DNA of 64,000 nucleotides from Macrostomum lignano (GCA_002269645.1 NIVC01000606.1:124001-188000), one strand, 5' to 3'. Counted from the first letter of the stretch, positions 24,454-38,000 are shown. Made by a program: numbers and translations. Notes: generated from the letters alone by a model not told the origin.

Positions 24454-27400
24454 TCAGATTGCAGTCTCTCGATTTTCACAGACCGCATTCGCCCGTCTTT
24501 CTGACAGCCGCCCAGGGAACAGCGGCAGGCGGTGCAGGATCGGCAGGTGGCGGCTGTAGAATCTGTGGAAGGCGGTCGATTCGTAGCAGTCCACCTGCCA
24601 GCGAAGCTCTGCCTCAGTTTGGCAACTTCCTGGTGTGACGCTATCAGCTCCTTGATTCGCTTCAGCTTCAAGCCCGCGCTCTTTGCGAGTCCCTGCAGTG
24701 GATGATGAGCGGAAGAGCAAAGTTGTGATTCTGTCACTATGCTGGTTTAGGCTTTTGCAGCAAGCTTCTCGGAATGCAAGCTGTACTCGTACTTTCCTTG
24801 AAATGAATTTTAATTGCAGCAGTATTGCAGGGTAATCAGGCTCTTGTTAACCCTCTTAGTATTAAATGTTACGTCAAATTTGGCCTTCCATATTTTTCAA
24901 TCCAAAGCAGCAGTCTCGATTACACTGGAAAAGGCATGAAACTTATTCAATTAACCTGGACTTTGATCAAGTCTGACCTGGAAGACACGAATCAAGCAGC
25001 AAAGCTGTGCCTGTGCCTACAAGCATCTCGTTGCTTAGCAAATCTTGCGCGATGCCCATTGCAATAGCTTGCGCTGAATCTGTAATTGTTTGTTTCAGGA
25101 TTTTCTAAGATTGCATTCGTAATTCCTGGCCTGGAGTCGAATGCGCACAGTATGAAAACTCACCGCTCATTGAGGTGGCATCGCGGTGACGGCTCGCTTT
25201 GATCTGCAGCGGCACAACCACACCAAGGAAGACACTGAAGCCGAACACGAACGCGTTCCTCGGTCGGTCCATCCGGACGCTACTGAGGCTGCCCGCTGCG
25301 ACGCCGCAGATGATGCCGATGGTTGCCAGCAACACGCCGCCGATGATCGGGTCCGGGACGCATACGAACAGCGCACTGAGCTTCGGGAACAAACCGAAGA
25401 TAACCATAATCGCTGAGGTCGCGTGCATGACTCTCCGGCTCGCCACCTTCGTCATGCTGATGGCGGCGATGTTGTTGCTGTAGGAGGTCGGGCCCACCGG
25501 CAAGCCGAAGAGACCGCTTAAGAAGCAGCCGAAGCCCTCGGCAGCAATTCCTGAGACAGGAAGTACAGTTTTTCTGTCAAAATTTCAGTCAGCGTTTTGC
25601 CTCAGTCCCTTTGCAGCATGCTTCTTTATTAATCTTTGTCAATCTAATAATTAAAGTTCCATTTGTGAGTCAATTAAGTAGTTTTCAGTTTCTTTCTGGC
25701 TATGCGTCTAAGGATTAAGGTTGCTATTTACCCTAGATACTACTGAATCTAGTAGCAAGTGTAGAATGTTACGCACCGCGATTCATCGGGAAGCCGACAG
25801 GCCTGGGAGAGCCGCAGAACTTGGCGCAGGTCACGTAGTCACCGATGCTCTCCATGATGGACACGAGGATGGCGCAACCGACCGCCACCACGCCCGGCCC
25901 GTTCACCGACAGGCTGCCGAACTGCAGCGGGTGCGGCACGCGGAACCAGCCGGCGTTGAGCACGGCGGAAGACTTGATGTCGGTGCGAGCGCCGTAGCCC
26001 CAGGCCTCCGGGCTGCTCGGCAGGACATTTGTCACGGTGAGCAGGTGGCACAGCGCGTACATGATGGCCATGGATAGTAGAATCTTGATCATTTTGTACA
26101 TGTTTGACAGGGTTTTCCAAGTATTATTAAAAATGATCGAAGTATCCAATATATAGACTAGGAATATAGATTAGGAAGGACATTAGCTACAGACCTCCCC
26201 GCAGTAATTCTACCGTGACTTTGACAATGAAATCAAAATGAAACCATAAGCAATGATTCGAACCAGTAGAGAGATCAGGACCAAAACGACCTTAATCGAT
26301 AACGAAGAGAAATCATTATCCCTTCCTTAAGCTGTCATGTTCGGAGTCTATTCATTGCAGAGCCTTTTAAGTTGACATCTTCTTTTGTGAGTTGAGCTTG
26401 CAAAATGGTTTAATATGTAAGTTTGAGGTAGCATGCATTACTCACTGGCAGGGTTGAGAACGCCGCAAATCTTGTGACGAGCGGTTTCCGATTACGAATG
26501 GAGAAGTAAGGGATCGGAATTTTGACTCGGTCGAGCACATAGGTAAACACTATGATCAGAATGCAACATCTGAAAAATGTTAAACAAGGCAGAAGTAACA
26601 CACAGTACTCCTTTCGAGACATGCTCGGAAAAAAGTTACACAAATTTCTCACACGATCGATATGTAGAACTGCGGCGCACACAGGTTCAGAACGGCGCCC
26701 ATGACACTGAAGCCGATGAGAAAAATTGTTGGCGCCACGACTAGAGGACTGACGAATCGAAGCAGGTGACTCATCACTCCGGTGCTGCCGATGAGAAGCT
26801 GAACGATGGAGCCGGCTGCGATGGTTCCGGCCACTTGTCCGACTCGTCTGTGCCAGATCTTCTCGCCCGGCTGCGAGAAAGCCAACGTGCCGTTGTGATG
26901 CAGGGTCGCATTGTCTGGAGGAGTGGTGAGGGGTCGACGAGCACAACGCTGACATTGACGTTGCTTCAGTCCGGCTATGCATTCCAACTGATCGTTCTAT
27001 GCAACTATTAGGGTCGGTTCACATTACCGGGGGTGTAATATTTCTCAAGTTAGTTTTAAAATACGTTTGAACCAACTGTATATTGATTTCAGCAATTTCC
27101 TACCTGGGGAGCTATTAGCGATAATGTAAGGCGGCCTATAGGGTCCGATCAGCCTACCTAACAGCTTTAACTTAATTAATGCCTTCGTGTCTCAGTTATT
27201 CTTCGTTTGGGTCTGCCCTAGAAGACATTGACTTGTTGATTCTTAGCAGATATTGTCTTATCTTCTTGGGTTGCTGCGCAAGTACTTGCAAGAACGTGCA
27301 AGATCTTTGCTATAGTAATACTTAGGTAAACTTACCAGATCTGGGTGACTTGCTACATCGTACAAGATCTTAGCTTTTATATCTTTTTATAGCTTCGAAT

Positions 27401-28566
27401 CGCATATTTTCTTAAATTTATTGTCCAATTTGGTCATAAAATAAAATATAGTTCAGCTAGAACACTTTAGCCAAATGAATAACAAAAAATGTACCTCCCA
27501 TCTTAAAGATCCTGCAAGAATCGAGCAGATTGAGAAGATCTGCTAAGAGACAAGAGCACAGAGACAAGATCTGCTAAGTTTGAGAAGCATAATGTCCTCT
27601 AGGGTGTGGCGTTTTGCTAGCCAACCAGTTTTTGCGGATGCGGTCCCGTATAATCTTGTAGTGGTCCTTGGTCGGAGGCTACAGCTTAGAAGACCACCGG
27701 AAGAAAAAAAGGCTGCCAAGATCACAAATGAATTTTGGTTGAAATGAGAACGTTTTGCAAATACCTATTGCTGTTATTTGTGCTCCCCTGTAGAAAATAT
27801 CCATCTAGCAAACTGGGTTTTCACTTACTCTTATCCTTTCTCACCCTATAACTATCTCTACCGACGTGCACCAACGCATTGTAACAAGTTTTATGTAGCT
27901 ATCAAACGTGTGCTCAAATTTACGGGTCCTCAACTTAGATGCCCCGTTCTGCATTCACAACTACGCAAGCGCACGTCCTTGTCATTGGCCCATATAGAAG
28001 CACGAGAGTGTAGGGCCCAATGTGTTAAATTGGGTACTCAATCCAATGACAGGGAGAGCCTGCAGTTACCTTTGACCTGTAGGTCCGGGCACTCAAGACT
28101 GTCTCCAGCCATGATGCCGATTGCCACAGGGTAGAACACGATGCTCGGGCCCTGAGCGATGGGCAGTCTGGTGCCCAGGGTGCACTGCACAAACGTTGTG
28201 ATGCCCATGACGAAGAAGCTGGAGGCGATGAGGTTCGATTTGTCCACCTCGTCCTGTACACAGGCGGCGTCGAACAGGATGATGACGCCGAATGCGCAGC
28301 TGCTGCTCATGATGACGAAGTGCTGGAAGCCCATGAGCAGCGTCAGGTACCAACTGGGCTTGTCGTTCAGTCCGTAGGTCAAGTGCAAAGCTGAAGAGCA
28401 AAAAATGCAATTTTTCAACTACTCGTACTTTCTTATCTTAAAAATGCATAAATGCCTTACCGGAACCACTTCCCGAGTTAGCCTCGGTCTCCTTGACCTC
28501 GTCATCATGATTATGGTCCTTGAGGGCCCCCAACTCGTTGACTTCCGCCTCCTTTTCGGCTGTCAT
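24454..28566 (-). CDS. SLC23/NCS2 nucleobase-ascorbate transporter, copy A (8 exons: 28461-28566, 28070-28390, 26653-26914, 26446-26569, 25777-26083, 25164-25550, 24978-25079, 24454-24692; 615 aa)
   Basis: Motifs LTYGLNDKPSWYL..GFQH, GTRLPIAQG, VVAPTI.LIG, WFRVPHPLQFG, SIMESIGDY, NRGIAAEG, SYSNNIAAISMTKVASR, PDPIIGG and PGTRKERG. All exon phases are compatible (1848 nt). Confidence 0.93.
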
Positions 28567-30109
28567 TGTTGCTTTTCGACCAACAAAGTCTGCCGCGCTT
28601 GTTATTTCTGCAGTTGCGAGCCGTATATCTAGCTGTGAAAAACTGTAGTCCAATGTAAAGTTGGAAGCAGGCAGGATTTTTTCCAGCTCAAGTGAGTAGC
28701 GAATCAGGTGCTCAGATTCTTTCAGCTGTCTCTATTGCAGGAAGTTGTAGCTATCTGGGAAGAGTGTACAAAGAGATATCTCCACAAATGCAGCTCCGTG
28801 GAACCAAAAAGCCAAAGAAACGCAATGTCGTCAATTAAGAAGCTCAACCTGTTAGTAATTCAGAAGAACGCAAAGCAAGCAGATCGAGCCATGCGGTTTC
28901 ATTAAAATACTCTCGAAAGCAAATGTGGAAGCACTGTACGAGTGTAGCTATAGCTATATAGATAAGATTAGGGAGAGGAACCGGCTTAGCATTCCAGTTG
29001 CAGTTGAGAAGAAATTATGTGAGCTATTGGCAGTAAAATTAATTTATATGCATTCGGCTGGACCGCCACAAAATACCGTATATAAGAACTGACAACTCGA
29101 TTAATTAGAACACGAGCGTTCAACAAAAGTACCAAGCATTAATTGTAATGATTAGCTTTTAATTGATAATCTACAAACAGCAAAAATATTAGGGAAATAC
29201 GCTAAGAAAAAAATATATGTCCAAGGAGGTGAGGAGAGTTTTCGTTTAAGTACGAGAGGTGTGGGCCCAATAACAGCTCATTTTCAACTCGGTCTATAGA
29301 CTGGTTCTCAAACCTCTGTCATTAAGGCTCCAAATTACACTATTAGGGTTATCCATAAATTATGCATAATTTTTTAAGTCTAGCAAAATTCGATTACGTG
29401 TGAACGCGTAAAGCCTTTAACGCGTTCTCTATTAGCACCTCTGAAAGTTAAGCAGAGTTGGCCGTGGTTAGTACGCAGATAAACGGGTTGCTTTCATCGT
29501 CACCCCCTCAGGTTAGCTACTGTAATCTGAAAATAGTTATACGTTAGTCTAGATTGTTTTTTGAGGCTTGTAAACAAGACAAAAATTCGTACAAAGGAAA
29601 AATCCTGAAATTACGACTACTACCAATATTTATATTTAGTTGTTGATTTGCTCATTTCAGATTTTTGCAGATAAAATATGTACTAATCATATTTTTGCAG
29701 CCAATCAAACTATGAGTCACTTCTCAGCTGTCAGTTCTTATCTCAACTGCAATGCCAGCGTTTACTCAGAATTTATGACACCCAAAGTAAGACGTCCAGT
29801 ACTTCAGGGCCAGGAAATGACCGAATCTGTTATCAGAACTCACACTGGAAGCTTTTCAATGAACATGCCGCCACGAGCCGACTCAAAGTTGCTGATTAAT
29901 CACACGGCAGGCTCAGCACGCAGGTCTTTAACACTATATTTTATTTGTTCAATAAAGAATACCTGGAATTGCTTGGCTTGGTCACAGAGCTACCCGAAAT
30001 ATTTTCTGTGGCATGCATTTTTCCAAGGATTTATGGCAAATACAAATTGTAATACTGTATTCTGTATTTCCAGGGAACTGTTACGTTTCATAAATTTCTG
30101 AAAAGTCAG

Positions 30110-33100
30110 CTACGTTTCTTTCCACGCCCTGCTTCCAAATTTGGTCTCCAACTGCCCACAGTCCGCATTCGCCGGTCTCTCTGACAGCCGCCCAAGGAAC
30201 AGCGGCAGGCGGTGCAGGATCGGCAGGTGGCGGCTGTAGAATCTGTGGAAGGCGGTCGATTCGTAGAAGTCCACCTGCCATCGAAGCTCTGCCTCAGTTT
30301 GGCTTAATTTGGTGGCTCCCGTAGTGTCAGTGGCTTGCGATTGGACTTCTAAGCCGCGCTCTTTGCGAGTGCCTGGAGTTAGAAAGTTTCATTGCTTTTA
30401 CTATTGTTGTAATAGCAGTTTTTAACCTTAAAATTGCAATGCGATGTTCACAATAGCACTAACGTTAGCGAACTGTACAATAGACTAGCTCGTATATGCG
30501 AAAAATGCTTTAGAAGGCATCCAGCGCACACCTGGCAGCAGGAGGTCCAGTAGTGCAGCTGTGCCAGTCCCAACTAACATCTCATTACAGAGAAGATCCT
30601 GAATTGTTGCGACTGCGGTTGATTCGTCTGCAAAACAGGTTTGGTTCCAGAATCATAACGTTAGTACACCTTAAAACAAATTGCTTCAAATCGAAACAAG
30701 ATCGAACGGAATCTTCTCCAAAGAACCTCAAAGATCAATAGGAACGAATAGTAAGTGGGACGGAGTCCTCCTAAGCACTGTTTACTTGCATAAGTCAGTT
30801 AAAATTGACTTCAAGCTTCATTTTCGAGGTATTGTTGCATGTAGTTAAGCTCAGATTCTGGGCCATATGAGCCTTGGCCATGGCTCCAAAAGGCAGAGTA
30901 AACTACACAAACCGTGTTTGGAACTCAGCTTGATCACAGTATTGATTACGCTTTCGACCACCGCTACAAGTAGTCCACCGCAATCGCGCTGGGTTGGAGA
31001 AGCAACGAGCATACCTTGTCTGTTCTGTCGGCTTGCTTTGATCTGCAGCGGCACAACCACGCCAAGGAAGACACTGAAGCCGAACACGAACGCGTTCCTC
31101 GGTCAGTCCATCCGGACGCTACTGAGGCTGCCCGCTGCGACGCCGCAGATGATGCCGATGGTTGCCAGCAACACGCCGCCGATGATCGGGTCCGGGACGC
31201 ATACGAACAGCGCACTGAGCTTCGGGAACAAACCGAAGACAACCATAATCGCTGAGGTCGCGTGCATGACTCTCCGGCTCGCCACCTTCGTCATGCTGAT
31301 GGCGGCGATGTTGTTGCTGTAGGAGGTCGGGCCCACCGGCAAGCCGAAGAGACCGCTTAAAAAGCAACCGAAGCCCTCGGCAGCAATTCCTGAGACAGGA
31401 TGTATAGTTTTGTAAAGAGCTGTTGAAATCATACGTGCTACTTAAAGTAGTACTCAAAGTCAATCTACGAGTAAATCTGCAGCCTTTTTTTTGAAATGAT
31501 TCATGCGCAAGCAGTGACTCAGAACCCTAAGTATAGGACCAACGTTTTTTATCACGGAACTGGGTGTAGCAGCTATTTGCTTAACTCCATCTGTGGTAAT
31601 GCCACCCGAAAACCTAACAAACATTCATGATCCCTTAATCAACTGCGTATGACCTAAGTAAATATCCGATCTTAAACCGAATTTTCCAAAAACTCAACTA
31701 TAAATATAAGTGAAAATCCGAGTCAAAAATCCAGACACAGCTCTCAAAAAAGACTTTGAAGAATAAGAAAAGAAGACCTATTTCTGGGGGACGAAACTCT
31801 GTTCAATTGGTAAGCGCTTAACAGATTTAATTCCTTGTAGCCACAGTGTTAATAAGTTGATTAATTAAGTTTACGAGAGCCGTCTACACATTTGAGAAAG
31901 GCCTTCTTGTTTCCTAGGATACATTCCTAGAGGGTTTATTGATTGATTTGAGTTATCCGTTAAGCTTCGGACGTAACGAAGAAGATGCCCTTCAGGAGGA
32001 CCTGCGAGTATTACAGATACTGGAGACTCAGAGGATTCAATTGTTCATGAGGGCGCACGTTCTATTGTTAATTCCGAGCTCGAGGACACAGTCAAGACTT
32101 CTGATTCGCTCTCGCTTTTGGTTGACTTCTAGATAAAGTCAAGCACATCCTAAGACAAGTCCTAACCAATCTACTGCCCACAAGGCCAGCTATAGCTCCC
32201 CTAAACCCCTCGAGCCCAGGGCGACCAAGCCAGACGTCTGCAAATCACCGGAAGAGCACGCTCCAGTAAGAGTTATCTGATTTTGCATATGCCTGGGCAC
32301 TTGTTCCCCAGTGTCTAGAAGTGAGAGTTTTTGAGTCACTGATCACAAGTCCTAAACTCTTCAGTTTCTCTGTTAAAATTGCAGTCAGCGTTCTGCCTCA
32401 GTCCCTTTGAAGCATGCTTCTTTATTAATCTTTGTCAATCTAATAATTAAAGTTCCAGTTATGAGTCAAAGTATAGTTTTCAGTTTCTTTCAAGCTATTG
32501 TGTCTAACGATTGAGGTTGCTACTTACCCTAGATACTACTGAATCTAGTAACAAATCTAGCTACGCACCTCTGTTCATCGGGAAGCCGACAGGCCTGGGA
32601 GAGCCGCAGAACTTGGCGCAGGTCACGTAGTCACCGATGCTCTCCATGATGGACACGAGGATGGCGCAACCGACCGCCACCACGCCCGGCCCGTTCACCG
32701 ACAGGCTGCCGAACTGCAGCGGGTGCGGCACGCGGAACCAGCCGGCGTTGAGCTGCTCGGCAGGACATTTGTCACGGTGAGCAGGTGGCACAGCGCGTAC
32801 ATGATGGCCATGGATAGTAAAATGTGTTGCATTCGGTGTGATAATTTTGCAAGTAGCCATCTTATAACGTTGCGAAATTCAATACGATTCATCGCCAGTT
32901 AGAATATCCCACAAAGCGTTTATTGTTATTTGCAGACTGGCAAAGAAACTAAAACAGCGATTGTTTACTCAAACATATGGTGTCAGCTTAACACGGGAAG
33001 CCGGTTCTTTGCTCCGGTGATGTCAAAATCTTAATTACTCTTTGTTGTTTCCTTCCCATTTCCCATGCACAGTCTATCCAATGCAAAAGATCAAGCATGG

Positions 33101-34524
33101 ACGAAGTTACTGAGTTGGCAGCGGTAGCAACTTAAGTAGCAACTCACCGGCAACGATGAGAAGATGAAGCACCTAGAAACCTTGACCTTTCGGTGCTGAA
33201 TCAAAACGTAGGGAATCGGCACTGAGACCCGGTCTAGCACGTAAGTGAATGCGATTATTAGCGCACAGCAGCTGAAACTAGATCACCTCTTCGATGCAAT
33301 TGATGGGTGGAAACTTAAAAAGTAGGCTCCACTGTTAAGCAATATTGCTAATTCTGTACCAATAACAGTCATACAGCATTTCTTCTGTCCTCTTAACATC
33401 ATCTCAAATATGACTTCACTAAGAGTAGAATGCATCATCATAAGTTACTCGATGAAACTTCCCTCTGCTATTCCAGCCAAGGCACATATAAATATAGTTC
33501 AACGGGTGAAAGCTGTACTTGTGCTACGAGGGACTCTAACTGCTAATTAGGACTATCAGGATGACTGCAACTCACGCCAACGCCTGGTAGAACTGCGGCG
33601 CACACAGTTTCAAAATGGCGCCCATCACCCCAAAACCAATTAGAAAGATGGTTGGCGCCACGACTAGAGGAATGACGAATCGCAGCAGGTGACTCATCAC
33701 TCCGGTGCTGCCGATGAAAATCTGAATGATGGAGCCAGCTGCGATGGTTCCGGCCACTTGTCCGACTCGTCTGTGCCAGATCCTCTCGACCGGCTGCGAG
33801 AAAACCGACGTACCGTTGTGTAGCAGTGTCGCATTGTCTGCAGCAGCGGTGAGTAAAGCATTTCACAATTACAAACTGGATATAAGTGGAGAACCAGATT
33901 TTATCGACACTAAAAATGTTGCCAAAGACATTTCTCCGGGTTCTTAAAATGGACCGATACTGTTTTGACGCAGGAAACTGCTATTATACCTTTGACCTGT
34001 AGGTCCCGGGCACTCAAGACTGTCTCCAGCCATGATGCCGATTGCCACAGGGTAGAACACGATGCTCGGGCCCTGAGCGATGGGCAGTCTGGTGCCCAGG
34101 GTACACTGCACAAACGTTGTGATGCCCATGACGAAGAAGCTGGAGGCGATGAGGTTTGATTTGTCCACCTCGTCCTGTACGCAGGCGGTGTCGAACAGGA
34201 TGATGACGCCGAATGCGCAGCCGCTGCTCATGATGACGAAGTGCTGGAAGCCCAGGTACCAACTGGGCTTGTCGTTCAGTCCGTAGGTCAAGCGCAAGGC
34301 TTAAATTGCATCCGGTTGGGCAGATGGCTAGTTAATAGTTTTGAGATGTAAATAGCTAACGCACTCACTCACAGACACTCACTCGCAGACACTCACTGGC
34401 TGGCAGACACTCACTCGCAGACACCCACTCGCAAACACTCACTGGCTGGCAGACACTCACAAACACCCCGCAGCTGCTCTCACTCACCTTCGAACTCAGT
34501 CTCAACCGGCGGTTCGGATTTCAT
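30110..34524 (-). pseudogene. SLC23/NCS2 transporter, copy B; lesioned (pseudogene or splice-rescued variant)
   Basis: Exons 34488-34524, 33990-34299, 33576-33837, 33148-33271, 32569-32823, 31015-31389, 30532-30627, 30110-30372. Relative to copy A it has a 12-nt in-frame deletion (TLLM), a +1 insertion near 34005, a 52-nt deletion near 32752 and an AG>AC change at the exon 5 acceptor. Confidence 0.8.
34365..34487. repeat. Short degenerate repeat (CAGACACTCACTCG) in SLC23-B intron 1
   Basis: On the transcribed strand it gives multiple GTGAGT copies just downstream of the real donor at 34487. Confidence 0.7.
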
Positions 34525-35519
34525 ATTCTTTTGACCGGCTCCAAATTCGATTTCACGGCAGCTGTTTTTACTTTCTAGCTGTGATTTCTTCTTTGACTTT
34601 GCTGGCCTTCTCTACACTGCACAGGTTTAAACCTTGTATGCCTTTCGTCAATCAACTAAAATGTTCAACTGTCTAAACTGCATAGTTTTATAGGCAGCTG
34701 CCGGTTCTGAAAGGTCCTGAAACCTGCGACGAATTTGAAAGTCAAATTAGACCAAAGTCTATGAGTTCACTCACTTGTTTGTTTACACTTCATACTCTCT
34801 GTGTTTTGTTTCTAACCACTACGTGGAGAATTACATGCAGAATTCGCGTCTCAAAAGAACTTATTAAATGGTGTCTCATCGAAGTCAAAGTTTTAAGTAG
34901 ATTTACTTTTGTGAATTTGTTTCACACGTACGAGCGCTAACAGCAACCTAACTTGACATTTTATCTGCAAGCCTCGAAGTAAACAAGCAAGCCTCAGTGC
35001 TCCCCCAGTTAGTTTTTTGTATTGAAGACAGCTCCACAGAACCTCGTGCTAGCCCAAACCTGCTACAAGCACACAGCTATTCGCTGATTACTTCTACAAA
35101 GAATCAGATAGAAGATAGAAATGGGGGACCGATCACCGATACTTTCGATTTTCCGCCTAACTCTAAAGTCTAAAGTCTTATTCAAAAGAAACAAGCAGGA
35201 CTTCAATTCAAACAGCTTATAAGAAATCTCAGCGCTTGCGAAAATTCAATTCAAACGAAGTCTCATTCCCAGGGAAATCCGTCATTTTTTAGAATATTTT
35301 TTGCATATGTCTATGGCCAAGCCGAATTTATGAATTTTAGCAAACAAATTCAATTGGTGCTGGATAACAGGATAAGTTAGAAAAGTGTAAAAAACCCTGA
35401 AGAACAATAACTTGTCCCTTAATTGAGAAACTCATAGCAGCTTGTTGTTCAGAACATTGCCCATTATTTGTAACAGATGTTGAAGGTTCAGCCACTGAAC
35501 TCTCCACTGAAGCCACCAG

Positions 35520-38000
35520 ACGATTTAATTCCACGGCCGGAGTACGAAGGCAGGCAGAGAGACGCGAACTTGGGCGAACGAGGCACGCAGACGAGCAAAA
35601 AGAGCCCAAGGCCCAAAGGAAGCAAGACAAGGCGGGGAAGAGGGCAAGCGCACGAAGATAGCGGGAAAAAACGTTAAACGGAGGCAAAGCGCTGGCTGAC
35701 GCGCTGCACGGTCATCTGGAGGTCCGCCACCGGCAGCTAGACATACCGGTGGACCGCTGCGCTTTGCCACCGGAAGGAAGTCGCTCCTCCGCGCCGCAAC
35801 GAGTGCCCCGAAAGCGAGCGTGGGTCGAGCCTGGCTGCCGTGCCAGCTCGCTTGAGCAGCCGGCAGAAGAAATTGCGAGTAAGCGGCAGCAACTCATGAC
35901 CTTTGCGAAATGCGAACAGATGACAACTCGAGGCGCGGGGCTGTTGAGCTGCAAATGGCGCAGAAGAGCTTCAAATGGACATAGATCGAGGCGAGCCCCA
36001 GACGAAGGCTTCAGGCGTGGAATCCAAACGCGGTGGACTCTAGAGCAAATTGATTAGTCTTACTCTGCCGGATGAGGACCCAGAAACCGTCGCGCTGCAG
36101 ACTGACGTCGCTTGTCAGCACCGCTGAATCCCTCGGCGTGCCCGCCCCACGCAGAGATTGAGCACAGAGGTTGGCGCAACGAAGCATGCCGTAAAAACCC
36201 ACTAGCAAGCAACACCACATCGAGGCTCCTACCGGAGAGCCTACCTCCGTAAGCGGCCGCAGCCGTAGCAATGCCTTGGGGCTCAGACCGGCCTTCGGCC
36301 TCGGCACCGAGCCGATATCGCGCTGAACTCCCCACAGTGTCGACTGGACCAGCGAGCTCTGGGCGGAGACTGGCACACCGTGGAACTGCTTCCAAGCAGT
36401 TAAGCATACGCTTAACTGCTTGAGAAAGACGATGAAAAACTTCAACGCTAGCTGAGAGGCCAAAGCCAAGCACGGTGTCGATAATGTAGGTCGGCTTGGT
36501 GTCGCCACTGAAGGTCCACTTGATGCCGGTGGCGCCGAAGCAGCGGGTCGAGATAAGGCAAGACTGATAGGCATCCATCAGATCGACTTTTGCCATGTAC
36601 CAGCCAGGACGCAGCATCCGAGTGAGCTCCGAGACGGTCGAGAACTTCAGCTTCTGCTTAGCCGTACGATAGGAGCTAATGGAATGACATTCCGGGACGC
36701 TAGCGTCGTGGATGATGCGCAGGCCCCCAGATGACTTAGGAACAGTACCCAGAGGACTGACAATAGCTGGCTTGAATGAAGTGGTCACATAGCGACCGTT
36801 TGAAATCTCTTTCTTGATCGCTGCTTCGATCAATTCGCGATTCTCAAGGCAGGTGGTCGACTGATAGTTGGAGATCTCAGTAGGAGTAAAATCGAAAGTG
36901 TCAGTGACGTCAAATCCATTAGCAATTCCGTTAAGTTGTTGCAGAGCTGGCGTCGATCAGCCGCACCGTGAAGAGGCTGCTTAGACGCGGCTTTTTTATT
37001 CTGAGATTCCACCTCTCCTGGGGCGAAAATATGCTTAGCGAGCAGCTGGAACGACTCGGTACCCCAGTGAAATCCGTACTGGTGCTGGTTGACGCGGTAA
37101 GCCTCATCAAATCTCATCAATTTGGTGGTCGCGAAGCCCGCCTCGGCCAGCTCTACGAGCTGGATGTTGAAGGCCAGGTATTGCCGCAGCTGCGTGACAT
37201 CAATGGAGCCATCCGGCCTCACAGAGAGCAGCTTTCCCCGTGAGAGCATATGGTCTAGGATCCTGGCATTACCGATGACCCACTGAGGAAAGGTGAGGGT
37301 GTCGGTGCTAGCTGCTTTACTTGCTTTGAAAACGATGGCGCTACCTTTGTCCTTCGCAATTGTACTTTCGTTAGGCAGGTGAGGCTGTAGAAAGTTCGCC
37401 ACCAGCAAAGGGCCAGACTCCGTAGTCGGTGTTGAAGCTGTGTGGTTGCTATCCCCGCCCTCCAAAATTGAGCAGATAAGTTCAAACATAACTCTGATCC
37501 GGCTGAAGCGCTGGAGTGAAACCTTGGGCGGCTTGGTTGACCTTGAGCGGCTGGACCGGACTCCGGCTCCTCCCTCGGTCTGGGTGGCTGTCTTAGACCG
37601 GCAGGTTGCTCGGCGTCGCGAAGTTCCAGAATGCGGGTAGCCATGTTTTTCTTTGAGCCACGTTTAGCGGCAGAGCGGGTCATACCAAGGTCGATTAAAA
37701 TTTCAATTAGACAATCGCGTGAGAAGCCCGGCCTCCAGTTCATTGGCTGAAAGGTGCTTGTAGTCGCGACGCTCCATAAGATAAAAAATTGATGTCTACG
37801 ACGTAGAAAAATCAACTCGCGCAAACAGAGCGCAAAGGAGCGGTGCCCGACCGGTCATTAATAACCGTAAACGTCACCCCGTAAAGGGGCACGCTTACGG
37901 GCAAGATGATGTTGCAACAGACGACGCAGTCCAGCCATTGGTGGCAAGCACTCTGCCAAAAGACGTCAATGACCTCGGAAACCATGCTGTTTACTAACTG
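35520..38000 (-). mobile_element. Degenerate Ngaro/DIRS-group tyrosine-recombinase retrotransposon (gag, truncated RT, YR)
   Basis: The gag-like ORF has TFPQWVIGNARIL...YL.F...L....RFDEAYR..Q....W. RT has SPLGTVPK..GGLRIIHDAS...AKVDL..AY...DTVLGFG but stops before YxDD. YR has LLVGFYGMLR, SKTNQF, LCPFEAL, SGHSLRRGGAT and RWQS..V.RY (stop at 35737), broken by frameshifts. Element ends were not identified. Confidence 0.88.

Noticed and set aside
27100-27780. Possible LINE or Harbinger fragment in SLC23-A intron 2
   Set aside because: Only a short GGGTCGGTTCACA end-like motif without a partner, and no recognisable RT motif.
31400-32370. ~1-kb insertion in the SLC23-B intron relative to copy A
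   Set aside because: It is probably mobile DNA, but I found no TIR, TSD or protein motif, so it is not assigned to a family.
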